Shown: positions 29,019 through 38,641 of the stretch, piece by piece
How positions within the stretch are numbered: position 1 is the first letter of the stretch
How the letters are laid out: each line of letters opens with the position of its first letter
Source: an uncultured Gemmatimonadota bacterium
Lineage (GTDB): Bacteria > JAAXHH01
Reading direction: 5' to 3'
Length of the DNA: 64,000 nucleotides
Assembly: GCA_951812955.1 (NCBI GenBank)
Contig: OX638340.1
Coordinates: 2,624,001 to 2,688,000, forward strand
Position numbers and translations under genes: made by a program
Notes under the pieces: model-generated
What the model was told of the DNA's origin: nothing
Database searches by the model: none
The model's input: the letters and a program-made list of their open reading frames with translations, nothing else

Positions 29019-29905
29019 GAATCTATCTCCAATAGTTTTTGACGGTTATATAACATTAAATTCATTGCGAATTGTCGGGCGTGTATGCTCATCCAATCAT
29101 CTGGAATACGATTAACGATTTCCTCAAGGCTGCTTATGTCAAGTTGGTAGAGTCTTTGCAAAACGGAACTAAAAGACTCCGGTAGTTCATTGAATGTAGT
29201 GCGCACGACGCCAAGGGGGCTTAGCCCTCTAGTGTCTTCGCTAGACCTGTAAATCGGGCTTCGACCTTTTTCGGCATATTGTCCAACTCTATCCTCATCT
29301 AACAATCGAATACGCCTGTCATCATCGATTTCTCTTCCCAGAGACGATGCGTGGTCATATGACGGTGCCATAGTTTTCGACACCATAGAAAAATCCATCA
29401 AAACTCCCCAGTTTTCGTGATGTCGATCAGTGTTTCCAATAAACGCATCTAAGATTATGTATTCACAGAAAGTTTGTTTTGCACTATCGGCTTTTTCTTG
29501 TTCAAATACTGTCTCAAGAACGCTCCAGATATTAAAGATGGTATGGTCTGATTGCTTTTGTGTCTTTTCTGGCTCATATTCATTAAATATAAAACTCAGA
29601 AGTTGGTTACCATGAATCAGTTCATGGTAACGATCGGTAAATGACTTGGTAGCTGTTCCTTTGGTTTGCCTGAAAACGGCTAATTCGACGATTGCATGTG
29701 GGATATTGAGTAATTCTGCAACTTCAGATGCAACCTTTTCAGCCCAATGTTCGCCCCTACTCTCTCGATGGTATTTAAAAAGCCATAGTTCATCTTCAGA
29801 TTCGGATCGATTGAACCAGAATTTAGGTTTGCTTCCCATTTCTTCCTGAAGATACTGGTCTTCCTTAATTTCCTCGATCTGATAGTCATTCAACTTCCGC
29901 CCCAT
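29015..29905 (-). CDS. HipA-C-domain (HipT-like) Ser/Thr kinase, stand-alone kinase core
   Basis: Gly-rich loop MGSKPKFWF (cf. HipA GAQEKTAL), catalytic ILDAFIGNTDRHHENWGVL (cf. HipA ATDGHAKNFS), APSYDHASS (cf. HipA TPFYD); 296 aa, lacks HipA N-subdomain. Confidence 0.75.
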   Translation of the reverse strand: MGRKLNDYQIEEIKEDQYLQEEMGSKPKFWFNRSESEDELWLFKYHRESRGEHWAEKVASEVAELLNIPHAIVELAVFRQTKGTATKSFTDRYHELIHGNQLLSFIFNEYEPEKTQKQSDHTIFNIWSVLETVFEQEKADSAKQTFCEYIILDAFIGNTDRHHENWGVLMDFSMVSKTMAPSYDHASSLGREIDDDRRIRLLDEDRVGQYAEKGRSPIYRSSEDTRGLSPLGVVRTTFNELPESFSSVLQRLYQLDISSLEEIVNRIPDDWMSIHARQFAMNLMLYNRQKLLEIDS

Positions 29906-30794
29906 TTTTCTCGGTCTATGTCATTGGGCCTTAACATCCTGTTTTGCAATATCCAATGCGATGTTTGTTTTTTACGGTCCATCCCCAGTCACTAATGCGT
30001 CCACTTATGGCCTTTGGACAGATAAATTGCATGTCCTCGGTTTCCTCGGCTCGGTAGGAATCCTGCCGACTTGGACCACACGTCATTTCACGTCTGAGTG
30101 GCGGTTTTCACGACATGGCCCTCCAGTATGTGTCATTTCCTTATTTAACGCTATTAAACCAAAAAGTACCAGATGAACTGCAGGTGCTCCTCCAACTTGT
30201 CTGAGCACGTTCAATAGATCTCGATCATAATTTCGACTAAGTCTACGACAGTCATCCGTATTTCGCAATCCTTTCTCAAGCCGTAGAGCGGTGAAGTTAC
30301 GATCAGTTTTGAAACTGTCGTCTGGGAAAATTGCTATATATGTAAAATGTCTTCGTAGACTAGGTTTAGCGAAAAACTAATTACATCACGACTAGACTTG
30401 TCTGTGGATTTGCCATCATAGTCTGGCAATTTTCACCAATGTCTACCCAGGTAGACACATACTCTGGGTGACTCCTTTCGGGATGAAGGCGGACAGGTCC
30501 GCCCTGTCCGACCGAACATAAATCTTTGTTCGGTATTGCAATTATACGGTTTTCCGGGGGCCATAGCAATACTAAATTGAACAGGTACTATTCAGATGCG
30601 ATTTCTAATTGATACACATCCGCGTGTTGATCAGTACAGGTCAATATACTGGTCAATACCGTCTTGCTGTCTTGACCGTACAGCACTTCTTTTTCTAAGC
30701 ATTCCCACGCTTACTATAGAAAGTGTTTCAGTTTCTTTGGCGAACCATTTCCGTCAAATCGGTGATAATTCACCTCCATCGACAACAGGGGTAA

Positions 30795-32453
30795 TCTCAC
30801 ATTTCTGCTAATTACCTAAGCCTTAAAACCACCATCCAGTGGATCGGCCTGATCGCCGGTCCAGTCGTGGCGATCCTGCTCTACAGCCAGTTGCCCCATG
30901 CGTACATGAGCGGCACGGGCGAGGTGGTGGCGTTCTCGAACGCCGGCCGTGCGACATTGGCCCTGGCGGTGTGGATGGCGATCTGGTGGATGACAGAGGC
31001 CGTCGAGCTTTACGCCACGGCATTGTTGCCCCTGGTCGCCCTTCCGTTGGCCGGTGCGTCACCGGTGCGGGAAGCGGCCGCTCCCTACGCACACGAGTTG
31101 ATCTTCCTCTTCATGGGCGGTTTTCTCATCGCCCTGGCCATGCAGCGATGGGGGCTCCACCGACGCATGGCGTTCAAGGCCCTGCGTGCGGCCGGCGACC
31201 ACCCGGCGGGCATCGTGGCGTGCTTCATGGGCGTGACGGCCTTTTTCAGCATGTGGGTGTCCAACACGGCCACCGCGGTCATGATGCTCCCCATTGCCCT
31301 CAGCATCATCGCCTTGGTGGAGCAGGTGGAACCCGGTAGCGTGGCAGGCGGCGCTGGAAACGGCAGCACAGATAACAATGGTGCAGGAAGCGGAAATTCT
31401 GCCGCCGGAAACGGTGGCCCCGGAAGCGGCGTAGCAGTAGACGGTGACACGGGCAACGGCGGCCCCGGAAACAAAGGGCCTGAAACAAAGACGCGGCCCC
31501 ATTTCGCCCTGTGCCTGCTTCTGGGCATCGCCTACGCCGCATCCATCGGCGGGATCGGTACGATCATCGGCACGCCGCCCAACGTATTCCTCGCGTCCTT
31601 CATCCAGTCCAACCTGGGCCAGGAGATCAGCTTCGTCCGGTGGATGGGCGTGGGACTTCCCCTGGTGGCCGTTTTCCTGCCGCTGACGTGGCTGATGCTG
31701 ACCCGAGTCCTTTATCCCCTTCGGGCCGTGCGCATCGAGGGAAGCCGGGAGGTGACGGATAAGGCCTACCGGGAACTGGGCTCCATGTCGCGGGGGGAGA
31801 GGGTCGTGCTGGCGGTGTTCCTCCTCGCCGCCGTATCCTGGATTGCCCGTCCGTTGCTGGTCCAGGTCCAGATAGGTGACCTGACCCCGCTGGCCGGTCT
31901 GTCCGATCCGGTCATCGCCATGGTTGCGGCGCTGGCCCTCTTCGTCGTGCCGGTGGACGTAAAACGGCGAATCTTCGTGATGAACTGGGAAACGGCCGTG
32001 AAGCTTCCCTGGGGGATCCTGCTGCTCTTTGGAGGTGGGCTCAGCCTGGCCGCGGCCATCCGGGCCAATGCCGTGGGGGAATACATCGGGCACCAACTGG
32101 CCTTCCTGTCCGGCATCCCCACGCTGCTGCTCGTTATGGCCGTCATCGCGCTGGTGATCTTCCTGACCGAACTGACCAGCAACACGGCCACCACGGCCAC
32201 GTTCATCCCCATCCTGGCCGCCCTGGCGCCGGTTTTCGACCTGCACCCCTTCATGCTGATCGTGCCGGCCGCCATCGCCGCCAGCTGTGCCTTCATGCTG
32301 CCGGTCGCCACCCCGCCCAACGCCATCATCTTCGGTTCCGGTCACGTCACGATCCAGCAGATGATCCGCGCGGGGTTCTGGCTGAATCTGACCGGCGTCG
32401 TACTGATAACCTTGCTCGTATACACCGTGATGATGCGGATGCTCGGGGTCTGA
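30795..32453 (+). CDS. DASS (SLC13-like) divalent anion:Na+ symporter family transporter, 5' end removed at the island junction (no canonical start before GTG 30867)
   Basis: VSNTATAVMMLP DASS signature; in-frame open from 30795 with homology starting …IQWIGLIAGPVVAILLY (TM1) immediately at the GC shift; G/N-rich low-complexity loop. Confidence 0.7.
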   Translation, partial: SHISANYLSLKTTIQWIGLIAGPVVAILLYSQLPHAYMSGTGEVVAFSNAGRATLALAVWMAIWWMTEAVELYATALLPLVALPLAGASPVREAAAPYAHELIFLFMGGFLIALAMQRWGLHRRMAFKALRAAGDHPAGIVACFMGVTAFFSMWVSNTATAVMMLPIALSIIALVEQVEPGSVAGGAGNGSTDNNGAGSGNSAAGNGGPGSGVAVDGDTGNGGPGNKGPETKTRPHFALCLLLGIAYAASIGGIGTIIGTPPNVFLASFIQSNLGQEISFVRWMGVGLPLVAVFLPLTWLMLTRVLYPLRAVRIEGSREVTDKAYRELGSMSRGERVVLAVFLLAAVSWIARPLLVQVQIGDLTPLAGLSDPVIAMVAALALFVVPVDVKRRIFVMNWETAVKLPWGILLLFGGGLSLAAAIRANAVGEYIGHQLAFLSGIPTLLLVMAVIALVIFLTELTSNTATTATFIPILAALAPVFDLHPFMLIVPAAIAASCAFMLPVATPPNAIIFGSGHVTIQQMIRAGFWLNLTGVVLITLLVYTVMMRMLGV

Positions 32454-32494
32454 GGTGAAGATCGCAACGCAAGCTCCCGCCTGCGGACTGGACC

Positions 32495-34882
32495 ATGATA
32501 ACAAGCGACATGATTATAGCGCTGCGGCACCTGAGACGGCACAAGGGCTACGCGATGGTCAACGTCCTGGGCCTGGCGGTCGGCATGGCCTGCGCGATCC
32601 TGATTTTCCTATATGTCGTGCATGAACTGAGTTACGACCGCTACCACGATCAGGCTGGCCGGATCTACCGGGTCGTGTTCAACGACAACGCCAAAACGCC
32701 CCGCAGCGTGGGACCCGCCCTGCAGACCGACTTCCCTGAAGTGCAGGACCTGTTGCGCATGCATCCCACGACCGGCACCTGGATCATGAAGTACGAAGAT
32801 CGCGTTTTCTACGAAAGAGCGGTGTATTGGGCGGAAGACTCGCTGTTCGACTTTTTCTCGCTGCCCCTGGTTCGGGGAAATCCCGAGACCGCGCTCGAGG
32901 CGCCGTATAACCTGGTCATCAGCGAGGACACGGCCCGCAAGTACTTCGGCGACGAAGATCCTATGGGCAAGACGATCATCGCCGACAACGGCTTCATGTT
33001 GCTGACCGTCACCGGGGTCATGAAAAACATGCCGGCGAACACCCATTTCCAGGCCGATTTCTTCATTTCACTGGCTTCGGGGTACGAGGAATACGGGCAC
33101 TGGTCGCGGGAGACCTGGGACGCGTTCTTCTTCTACACCTACATCATGTTGGGAGACGGCCATTCGCCGAGGGATTTGGCGGCGAAGCTCCCCGATTTCG
33201 TGGACCGGCACGTGGGAGAGCAGCTCCAGGTGCGTGGCGGCCGATACGAGTTCTCGCTTCAGCCAGTCACCGATATTCACCTGTATTCCCACCTGGAGAA
33301 CGAACCCGGCGCCAACACCGACGTCAGCTATGTCTATATCCTGGCCGCCCTGGGCCTCTTCATCCTCGTGATCGTCTGCATCAACTACGTGAACCTGTCC
33401 ACCGCGCAGTTCGTCCACCGGATGGGTGAGACCGGCACGCGAAAGGTACTCGGCGCGTCGCGGCTGCACCTGGTCCGGCAGTACCTGGGAGAGTCCGTCC
33501 TGCTGGCCCTGGCGGCCCTGTTGATCTCCCTGCTGGCGGTTTGGCTCGTTTCTCCCTGGTTCGATGGGCTGACGGGCATGCCGGCATCCGACGGATTCAT
33601 GGCGCACGCACTCTGGTTGGTAGCCCTGCCGGTCGCGGCGGTCATCATCGGCCTGTTGTCCGGCGGATATCCGGCCGTCAGGCTCTCCTCCTTCGGGGCG
33701 ATTCCAGGGCTCAAGGATGGCCGGCAGTTCGGAACGGACCGAGCGCTTTCGAGGAAAGTGCTCGTCGTCATCCAGTTCGCAATTTCCATCGCGCTCATCA
33801 TTGGCACGGGCGTCCTGTTCAGCCAGATCAGCTACATCCAGAGCAAGCACCTGGGTTTCGACAAGGAATACGCGATCGCTATTCCGTCGATCGCCCAGGT
33901 CGCCTACAAGTACCAGCCGTGGAAGGATGAACTGCTCGGGTACAGCGGGGTGTCCGCGGTGAGCCAGGGCATCTACCTGCCCGGCCTGACGGGAAACATC
34001 GGACGAATCACCACCGAAACGGCCTGGCGCGTCGATGATCCGGACCAGGTCAAGCACGACCTGCAGGGCATCATCGTCGCGGCGGGTTACGTGGAGACGC
34101 TGGGCCTGGAGCTGCTGGCGGGAAGGTCGTTCGGCGGTCCGCTGGATAGCCAGGCGGAATCCGGTAACATCCTGCTCAACGAAAGTGCGCTTCGCCTACT
34201 GGGCTGGGATACGCCGGAGGAGGCGCTGGGAAACCAGGTTCGGTTCGGCATCGGCTTGACGCAAACGGTCATCGGCGTGGTCAGGAACTTCCACCTGCGC
34301 TCGCTGCACCTGCCCATCGAACCCCTCGTGATCATGTACGGCCGCGGACAGCTCATCGCGGCCCGAATCCACCCGGAGGACACATCGGGTACCCTCGATT
34401 ACATGGAACGGGCGTGGGTGCGGCACTTCCCCGATTTTCCCTTCGCCTTCTCCTTTATCGACGTAGATATCGACCGATTGTACCGTGCCGAACAGCGCAT
34501 GGGATACGTCTTCGCGGTTTTCGCCGTGGTGGGGGTACTGCTCGCGTGCCTGGGTCTCTTCGCGCTGGTCTCCTACACGGTCGAGCGGCGGGTCCGGGAG
34601 ATCGGCATCCGCAAGGCGCTGGGCGCTTCCGCGCGCCGCATGCTCGCCGCGCTGTCCGCCGAATTCATTGGGCTCGTGGTCGTCGCCAACGCCCTCGCCT
34701 GGCCTGCCGCCTGGTTCGTCATGAGCCGCTGGCTCGATTCCTTCGCCTACCGGATCGAGATGGGTTGGGAGATCTTCTTCGCTTCCGGTGGCGCGGCCCT
34801 GCTGATCACGATGCTGACCATCGCATACCACGTAACCCGGACCGCGCTGGCCAATCCCGCCGAAGTGCTGCGCAGCGAGTAA
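32495..34882 (+). CDS. MacB/FtsX-type ABC transporter permease with two FtsX domains (paralog 1)
   Basis: 795 aa; N-terminal TM plus MacB-like periplasmic domain, central FtsX 4-TM, second periplasmic domain, C-terminal FtsX. Confidence 0.8.
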   Translation: MITSDMIIALRHLRRHKGYAMVNVLGLAVGMACAILIFLYVVHELSYDRYHDQAGRIYRVVFNDNAKTPRSVGPALQTDFPEVQDLLRMHPTTGTWIMKYEDRVFYERAVYWAEDSLFDFFSLPLVRGNPETALEAPYNLVISEDTARKYFGDEDPMGKTIIADNGFMLLTVTGVMKNMPANTHFQADFFISLASGYEEYGHWSRETWDAFFFYTYIMLGDGHSPRDLAAKLPDFVDRHVGEQLQVRGGRYEFSLQPVTDIHLYSHLENEPGANTDVSYVYILAALGLFILVIVCINYVNLSTAQFVHRMGETGTRKVLGASRLHLVRQYLGESVLLALAALLISLLAVWLVSPWFDGLTGMPASDGFMAHALWLVALPVAAVIIGLLSGGYPAVRLSSFGAIPGLKDGRQFGTDRALSRKVLVVIQFAISIALIIGTGVLFSQISYIQSKHLGFDKEYAIAIPSIAQVAYKYQPWKDELLGYSGVSAVSQGIYLPGLTGNIGRITTETAWRVDDPDQVKHDLQGIIVAAGYVETLGLELLAGRSFGGPLDSQAESGNILLNESALRLLGWDTPEEALGNQVRFGIGLTQTVIGVVRNFHLRSLHLPIEPLVIMYGRGQLIAARIHPEDTSGTLDYMERAWVRHFPDFPFAFSFIDVDIDRLYRAEQRMGYVFAVFAVVGVLLACLGLFALVSYTVERRVREIGIRKALGASARRMLAALSAEFIGLVVVANALAWPAAWFVMSRWLDSFAYRIEMGWEIFFASGGAALLITMLTIAYHVTRTALANPAEVLRSE

Positions 34883-34890
34883 GGAACGGA

Positions 34891-35898
34891 CTACGCCGTG
34901 CCCAGGTAGAGGTCCCGCCCCGCCACCAGGCTGGCCATCTTGCGGTCCGCCACGCTGCGGGGAAGCATCCAGAAACCGCAGTCGGGGTGCACCCAACGCA
35001 CGCGCTCAGGGCCGAGTACGTCGACGGAATGCTCGATGCGCCGGGCGACCTCGTCCGGAGATTCGACCCCGTTGTCCTTGATGTCGATCACGCCCACGCC
35101 CAGGGCGATGTCTTCGCGCAGTTCTCTGAACAGCGGCAACTCGTCGTATCCCCGCCGGGCGAACTCCAGCACCAGGTGATTCACGTCGAGGTTGTTCAGG
35201 AAGCCCATAAGATCGTTCCACAGGCCGCTTTGGATGCTCTGGCCGCCGTAATTTCCGAAGCAGAGGTGCAGCCCCTTCTCGCCCTTCACGGCGCCCAGCA
35301 CGTGGTTGACGGGCTCGTGGGCCCAGCTCGCGTCCTTCGGGTGGCCGGTCAGATTGGCCTCGTCCACCTGCAAGATCGGCGCGTCGATCTCGCCGACCTG
35401 CTTGCGCAACACCTCCGCGATGTCCATCGTCATCTTCTGCAGATCGCCGTAGTGCTCGTCCAGCAACGTCTTGGCCAGCATGTAGGGCGAGGTGACGGTG
35501 AACTTGAGCGTCCGGTCCGTGAGGGGCCGGATCATCTTCCACGCGGCCGGAAGATTCAGCGTGCCCTCTTCGATCCAGTCCTTCACGATGCCGCCCGGGG
35601 TACTGCGAAAGGCCATCCCTTCCCGCTTTCTGAATTGGGCAAGGACCTCGCGGGAAACATCCGTCGTGATCCCGGACATGGGCCGGATGAAATACTCGAT
35701 CATCCCATTGGTCTCCGGGTGGCTGACGTCGAAACGGGAAAGCTCGCCGTCGGTGAGCACATCGATCCCGGACAGTTCCTGGGTCTTCAGGATCACCTTG
35801 GCCGCGTCGATCAGATTGGGCGTAGTGGGATAGGCCGCCAGCCAGTCGGGGATGGGATAGCTGCCAACTACGGTCGTCTTGATTGCGGGTACCGCCAT
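34891..35898 (-). CDS. Cobalamin-independent methionine synthase (MetE) catalytic-domain family protein (short form)
   Basis: 335 aa; VVGSYPIPDWL, DGE motif, …HLCFGNYGG… typical of MetE C-terminal domain-like proteins. Confidence 0.6.
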   Translation of the reverse strand: MAVPAIKTTVVGSYPIPDWLAAYPTTPNLIDAAKVILKTQELSGIDVLTDGELSRFDVSHPETNGMIEYFIRPMSGITTDVSREVLAQFRKREGMAFRSTPGGIVKDWIEEGTLNLPAAWKMIRPLTDRTLKFTVTSPYMLAKTLLDEHYGDLQKMTMDIAEVLRKQVGEIDAPILQVDEANLTGHPKDASWAHEPVNHVLGAVKGEKGLHLCFGNYGGQSIQSGLWNDLMGFLNNLDVNHLVLEFARRGYDELPLFRELREDIALGVGVIDIKDNGVESPDEVARRIEHSVDVLGPERVRWVHPDCGFWMLPRSVADRKMASLVAGRDLYLGTA

Positions 35899-36203
35899 TG
35901 TGTGGACTCCCTTTACCGATAAGGTCCTTCAGAGCCTTCGTTCCGGTTCCAGTTCTTTTCACATAACATAACGCTGACATCAAGTATACATTATGCATCT
36001 CAAAGTGGGTATCAATACCGAACACTCAGGTCCTGCAACAGCGTGTTATTTCCGATGGCGCGTGCCGTTGCCATCCGTTGCCATTGGTACGCTGTAAGAT
36101 GTCGCTTTAAGTTGCCGTAGTAGGACCGCAATAGGTATGCATACGCGCCTCATGTCCATTCTCCGCATACGGATCCAGAAAGCCCTGCCAGCAAGGTCCT
36201 GAG

Positions 36204-38567
36204 ATGCTCAAAAGCTACCTGACCATAGCGATCCGGAATATGACGAGGCAGAAGGGATATACGGCGATCAACGTGCTCGGACTGGCCGTGGGCATGGTCT
36301 GCGCCATTTTGATCTTCTTTTACGTCGATTTCGAGCTCAGTTATGACCGGTATCATGAGAACGCCGGCCGTATCTACCGGGTCGCGGTCAACAACGACGC
36401 CCGGACGCCTCCAGCCCTGGCGCCCGCACTGCAGCAAGATTTCCCGGAAATCACGCGTTCTGTTCGCCTGCTGCCGACAACCGGTGTGTGGATCATGAAC
36501 CACGCGGAGAACATATATTACGAAAACCGGGTTTACTGGGCGGACAACGCGCTGTTCGACATTCTTGATTTTCCCTTGATCCAGGGAGATTCCCGGTCTG
36601 CGCTCGTTGCGCCTTTATCCGTGGTAATCAGCGAAGATACGGCCCAAAAGTACTTCGGAGAAACGGATCCGATGGGCAAGACGATTATCGCCGATAACGG
36701 TTTCCTGGTACTGACCGTTACGGGCGTCATGGAAAACACGCCGGCGAATACACACCTTCAGGCAGACTTCATCATTTCCCTTTCCACGGCATACCAGGAT
36801 GACCTGAAATACTGGTCGTGGATCAATTTCTACACCTACATCCTGTTGTCCGAGGGCCAGTCACCAGAGGCTACCGAGAGGAAACTGCCCGATTTCGTGA
36901 ACCGGCACATCGGGGAACGCGAGGGCCGTTTCGATCTCTTTCTGCAGCCGGTCACCGACATTCATCTCCATTCCAATCTCGAGCATGAACCCGGCGCGAA
37001 CAGCGATATCACCTACGTTTACATCCTGTCGGCCATCGCCGTCTTCATCCTGGTCGTCGCCTGCATCAATTTCATCAACCTGTCTACCGCACGGTTTGCC
37101 GTCCGCGCTCGAGAAGTGGGACTGCGCAAAGTGCTGGGAGCCCACCGAATCCAGCTGATACGTCAGTTTCTGGGAGAATCGGTCCTGGTAACCGCCGCCG
37201 CGCTGATCATCGCCCTGGTGGTCCTTTTGCTGATCTCCCCGTATATCGACGGCTTTGCAGGGAAACCGGTAACCGCGGCATTCACGGGACATCTCCCCTG
37301 GCTGCTCGCACTGCCGGTGGTTGCGCTGGTCATCGGGTTGTTATCCGGCAGCTATCCCGCTTTCCTTCTTTCTGCCATGCAACCGATACAGGGCGTGAAG
37401 GGAGGCCGCCGGCTCGATTCGGCCGGGGCCATGTCGAGGAAGATTCTGGTTGTTATCCAGTTCTCGATATCCATCGCGTTGATCATCAGCACGGGGATTT
37501 TGTTCAGTCAGATGGAATACCTCCGCAACAAGCGTCTGGGCTTCGATCAGAACCAGGTGATCGTGATACCCACGTTTAACGATGTCCTGGATGACTTTCA
37601 ACCCTGGAAAGAAGCCTTGCTGCAACATGCAGGCGTGATCGGGGTGACCCAAAGCAGGTCGCTGCCAGGACTGGCCGGCAACATCGGCCAGGTTGAGACC
37701 GTCACGATACAGCGTGTCGATGACCCCGGCAATACCAGGCACGACGCGCAGGGACTGAACGTCGGTCTGGATTTCGTGGAGACCCTGGGCATGGAACTGA
37801 TTGCAGGGCGGTCTCATGATGGTGCGTTTGCCAGGGAAGCGGAGAGACTGAACATCGTAATCAACGAAACGGCGCTCCGCGCGCTGGGCTGGGAAACCCC
37901 GGAGGCGGCCATCGACCAGCAGGTACGGTTCGGCAACGACGCGACGCGGACTGTTATCGGAGTGATCGGGGATTTCCATTTTCGATCGTTGCATCTGAAG
38001 ATCGAACCGCTCGTGTTGTTTCTGGGCGGCGGTTCCCACATGGCGGTCAAGCTCCAGCCCGGGGTCGTGGAAGATACGCTGGATATGATTGAAAGCCAGT
38101 GGTCGCGGTTCTTTCCGGATTTCCCCTTCGCTTATACGTTTCTCGACGAGAACATCGATCGGCTGTACAGGTCTGAAGTCGCTACCAGTTACGTGATCGG
38201 CATATTCGCCATGGTGGCTGTTTTCCTTGCCTGTCTCGGACTGTTCGCGTTGGTTTCGTTCACGGTGGAGCTGCGAACCAGGGAGATCGGCATTCGGAAA
38301 TCGCTCGGTGCTTCCGTCCATCGGATGCTGGCCCTGCTTTCCAGCGAGTTCATCGGCCTCGTGCTCCTCGCCAATTTCTTCGCCTGGCCGGCTTCGTGGC
38401 TGGTCATGCAGCGGTGGCTCGAGTCTTTCGCTTACCGCACGGAGGTCGGATTGGGCGTCTTCTTTCTTGCGTGCGGTCTGGCCCTGCTGATCACGCTGAT
38501 CACCATCGCCTTTCATGTGACCCGTACCGCCCTGACCAATCCGGCGGAGGTGTTGCGAAACGAGTGA
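36204..38567 (+). CDS. MacB/FtsX-type ABC transporter permease (paralog 2)
   Basis: 787 aa, high similarity to paralogs 1 and 3 throughout. Confidence 0.8.
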   Translation: MLKSYLTIAIRNMTRQKGYTAINVLGLAVGMVCAILIFFYVDFELSYDRYHENAGRIYRVAVNNDARTPPALAPALQQDFPEITRSVRLLPTTGVWIMNHAENIYYENRVYWADNALFDILDFPLIQGDSRSALVAPLSVVISEDTAQKYFGETDPMGKTIIADNGFLVLTVTGVMENTPANTHLQADFIISLSTAYQDDLKYWSWINFYTYILLSEGQSPEATERKLPDFVNRHIGEREGRFDLFLQPVTDIHLHSNLEHEPGANSDITYVYILSAIAVFILVVACINFINLSTARFAVRAREVGLRKVLGAHRIQLIRQFLGESVLVTAAALIIALVVLLLISPYIDGFAGKPVTAAFTGHLPWLLALPVVALVIGLLSGSYPAFLLSAMQPIQGVKGGRRLDSAGAMSRKILVVIQFSISIALIISTGILFSQMEYLRNKRLGFDQNQVIVIPTFNDVLDDFQPWKEALLQHAGVIGVTQSRSLPGLAGNIGQVETVTIQRVDDPGNTRHDAQGLNVGLDFVETLGMELIAGRSHDGAFAREAERLNIVINETALRALGWETPEAAIDQQVRFGNDATRTVIGVIGDFHFRSLHLKIEPLVLFLGGGSHMAVKLQPGVVEDTLDMIESQWSRFFPDFPFAYTFLDENIDRLYRSEVATSYVIGIFAMVAVFLACLGLFALVSFTVELRTREIGIRKSLGASVHRMLALLSSEFIGLVLLANFFAWPASWLVMQRWLESFAYRTEVGLGVFFLACGLALLITLITIAFHVTRTALTNPAEVLRNE

Positions 38568-38641
38568 CCGGGGCCGGGGGCGGGAGTTCTGATTTCAGTT
38601 CCCGCCGGGGCAAGCGAGGTTTCGTAGCGATACGCAAAGGG

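Larger units (their letters stand above)
16884..30794. mobile_element. AT-rich genomic (defence) island carrying Type I R-M, IS3 remnant, HipA-like module; no integrase recognised
   Basis: Abrupt drop in GC at about 16884 and return at about 30795; contents listed separately; flanked by two transporter genes, the right one 5'-truncated. Confidence 0.6.

Noticed and set aside
31059-32504. 481-aa minus-strand ORF antisense to the DASS transporter
   Set aside because: His/Gly/Arg-rich low complexity; the DASS frame carries the VSNTATAVMMLP signature.
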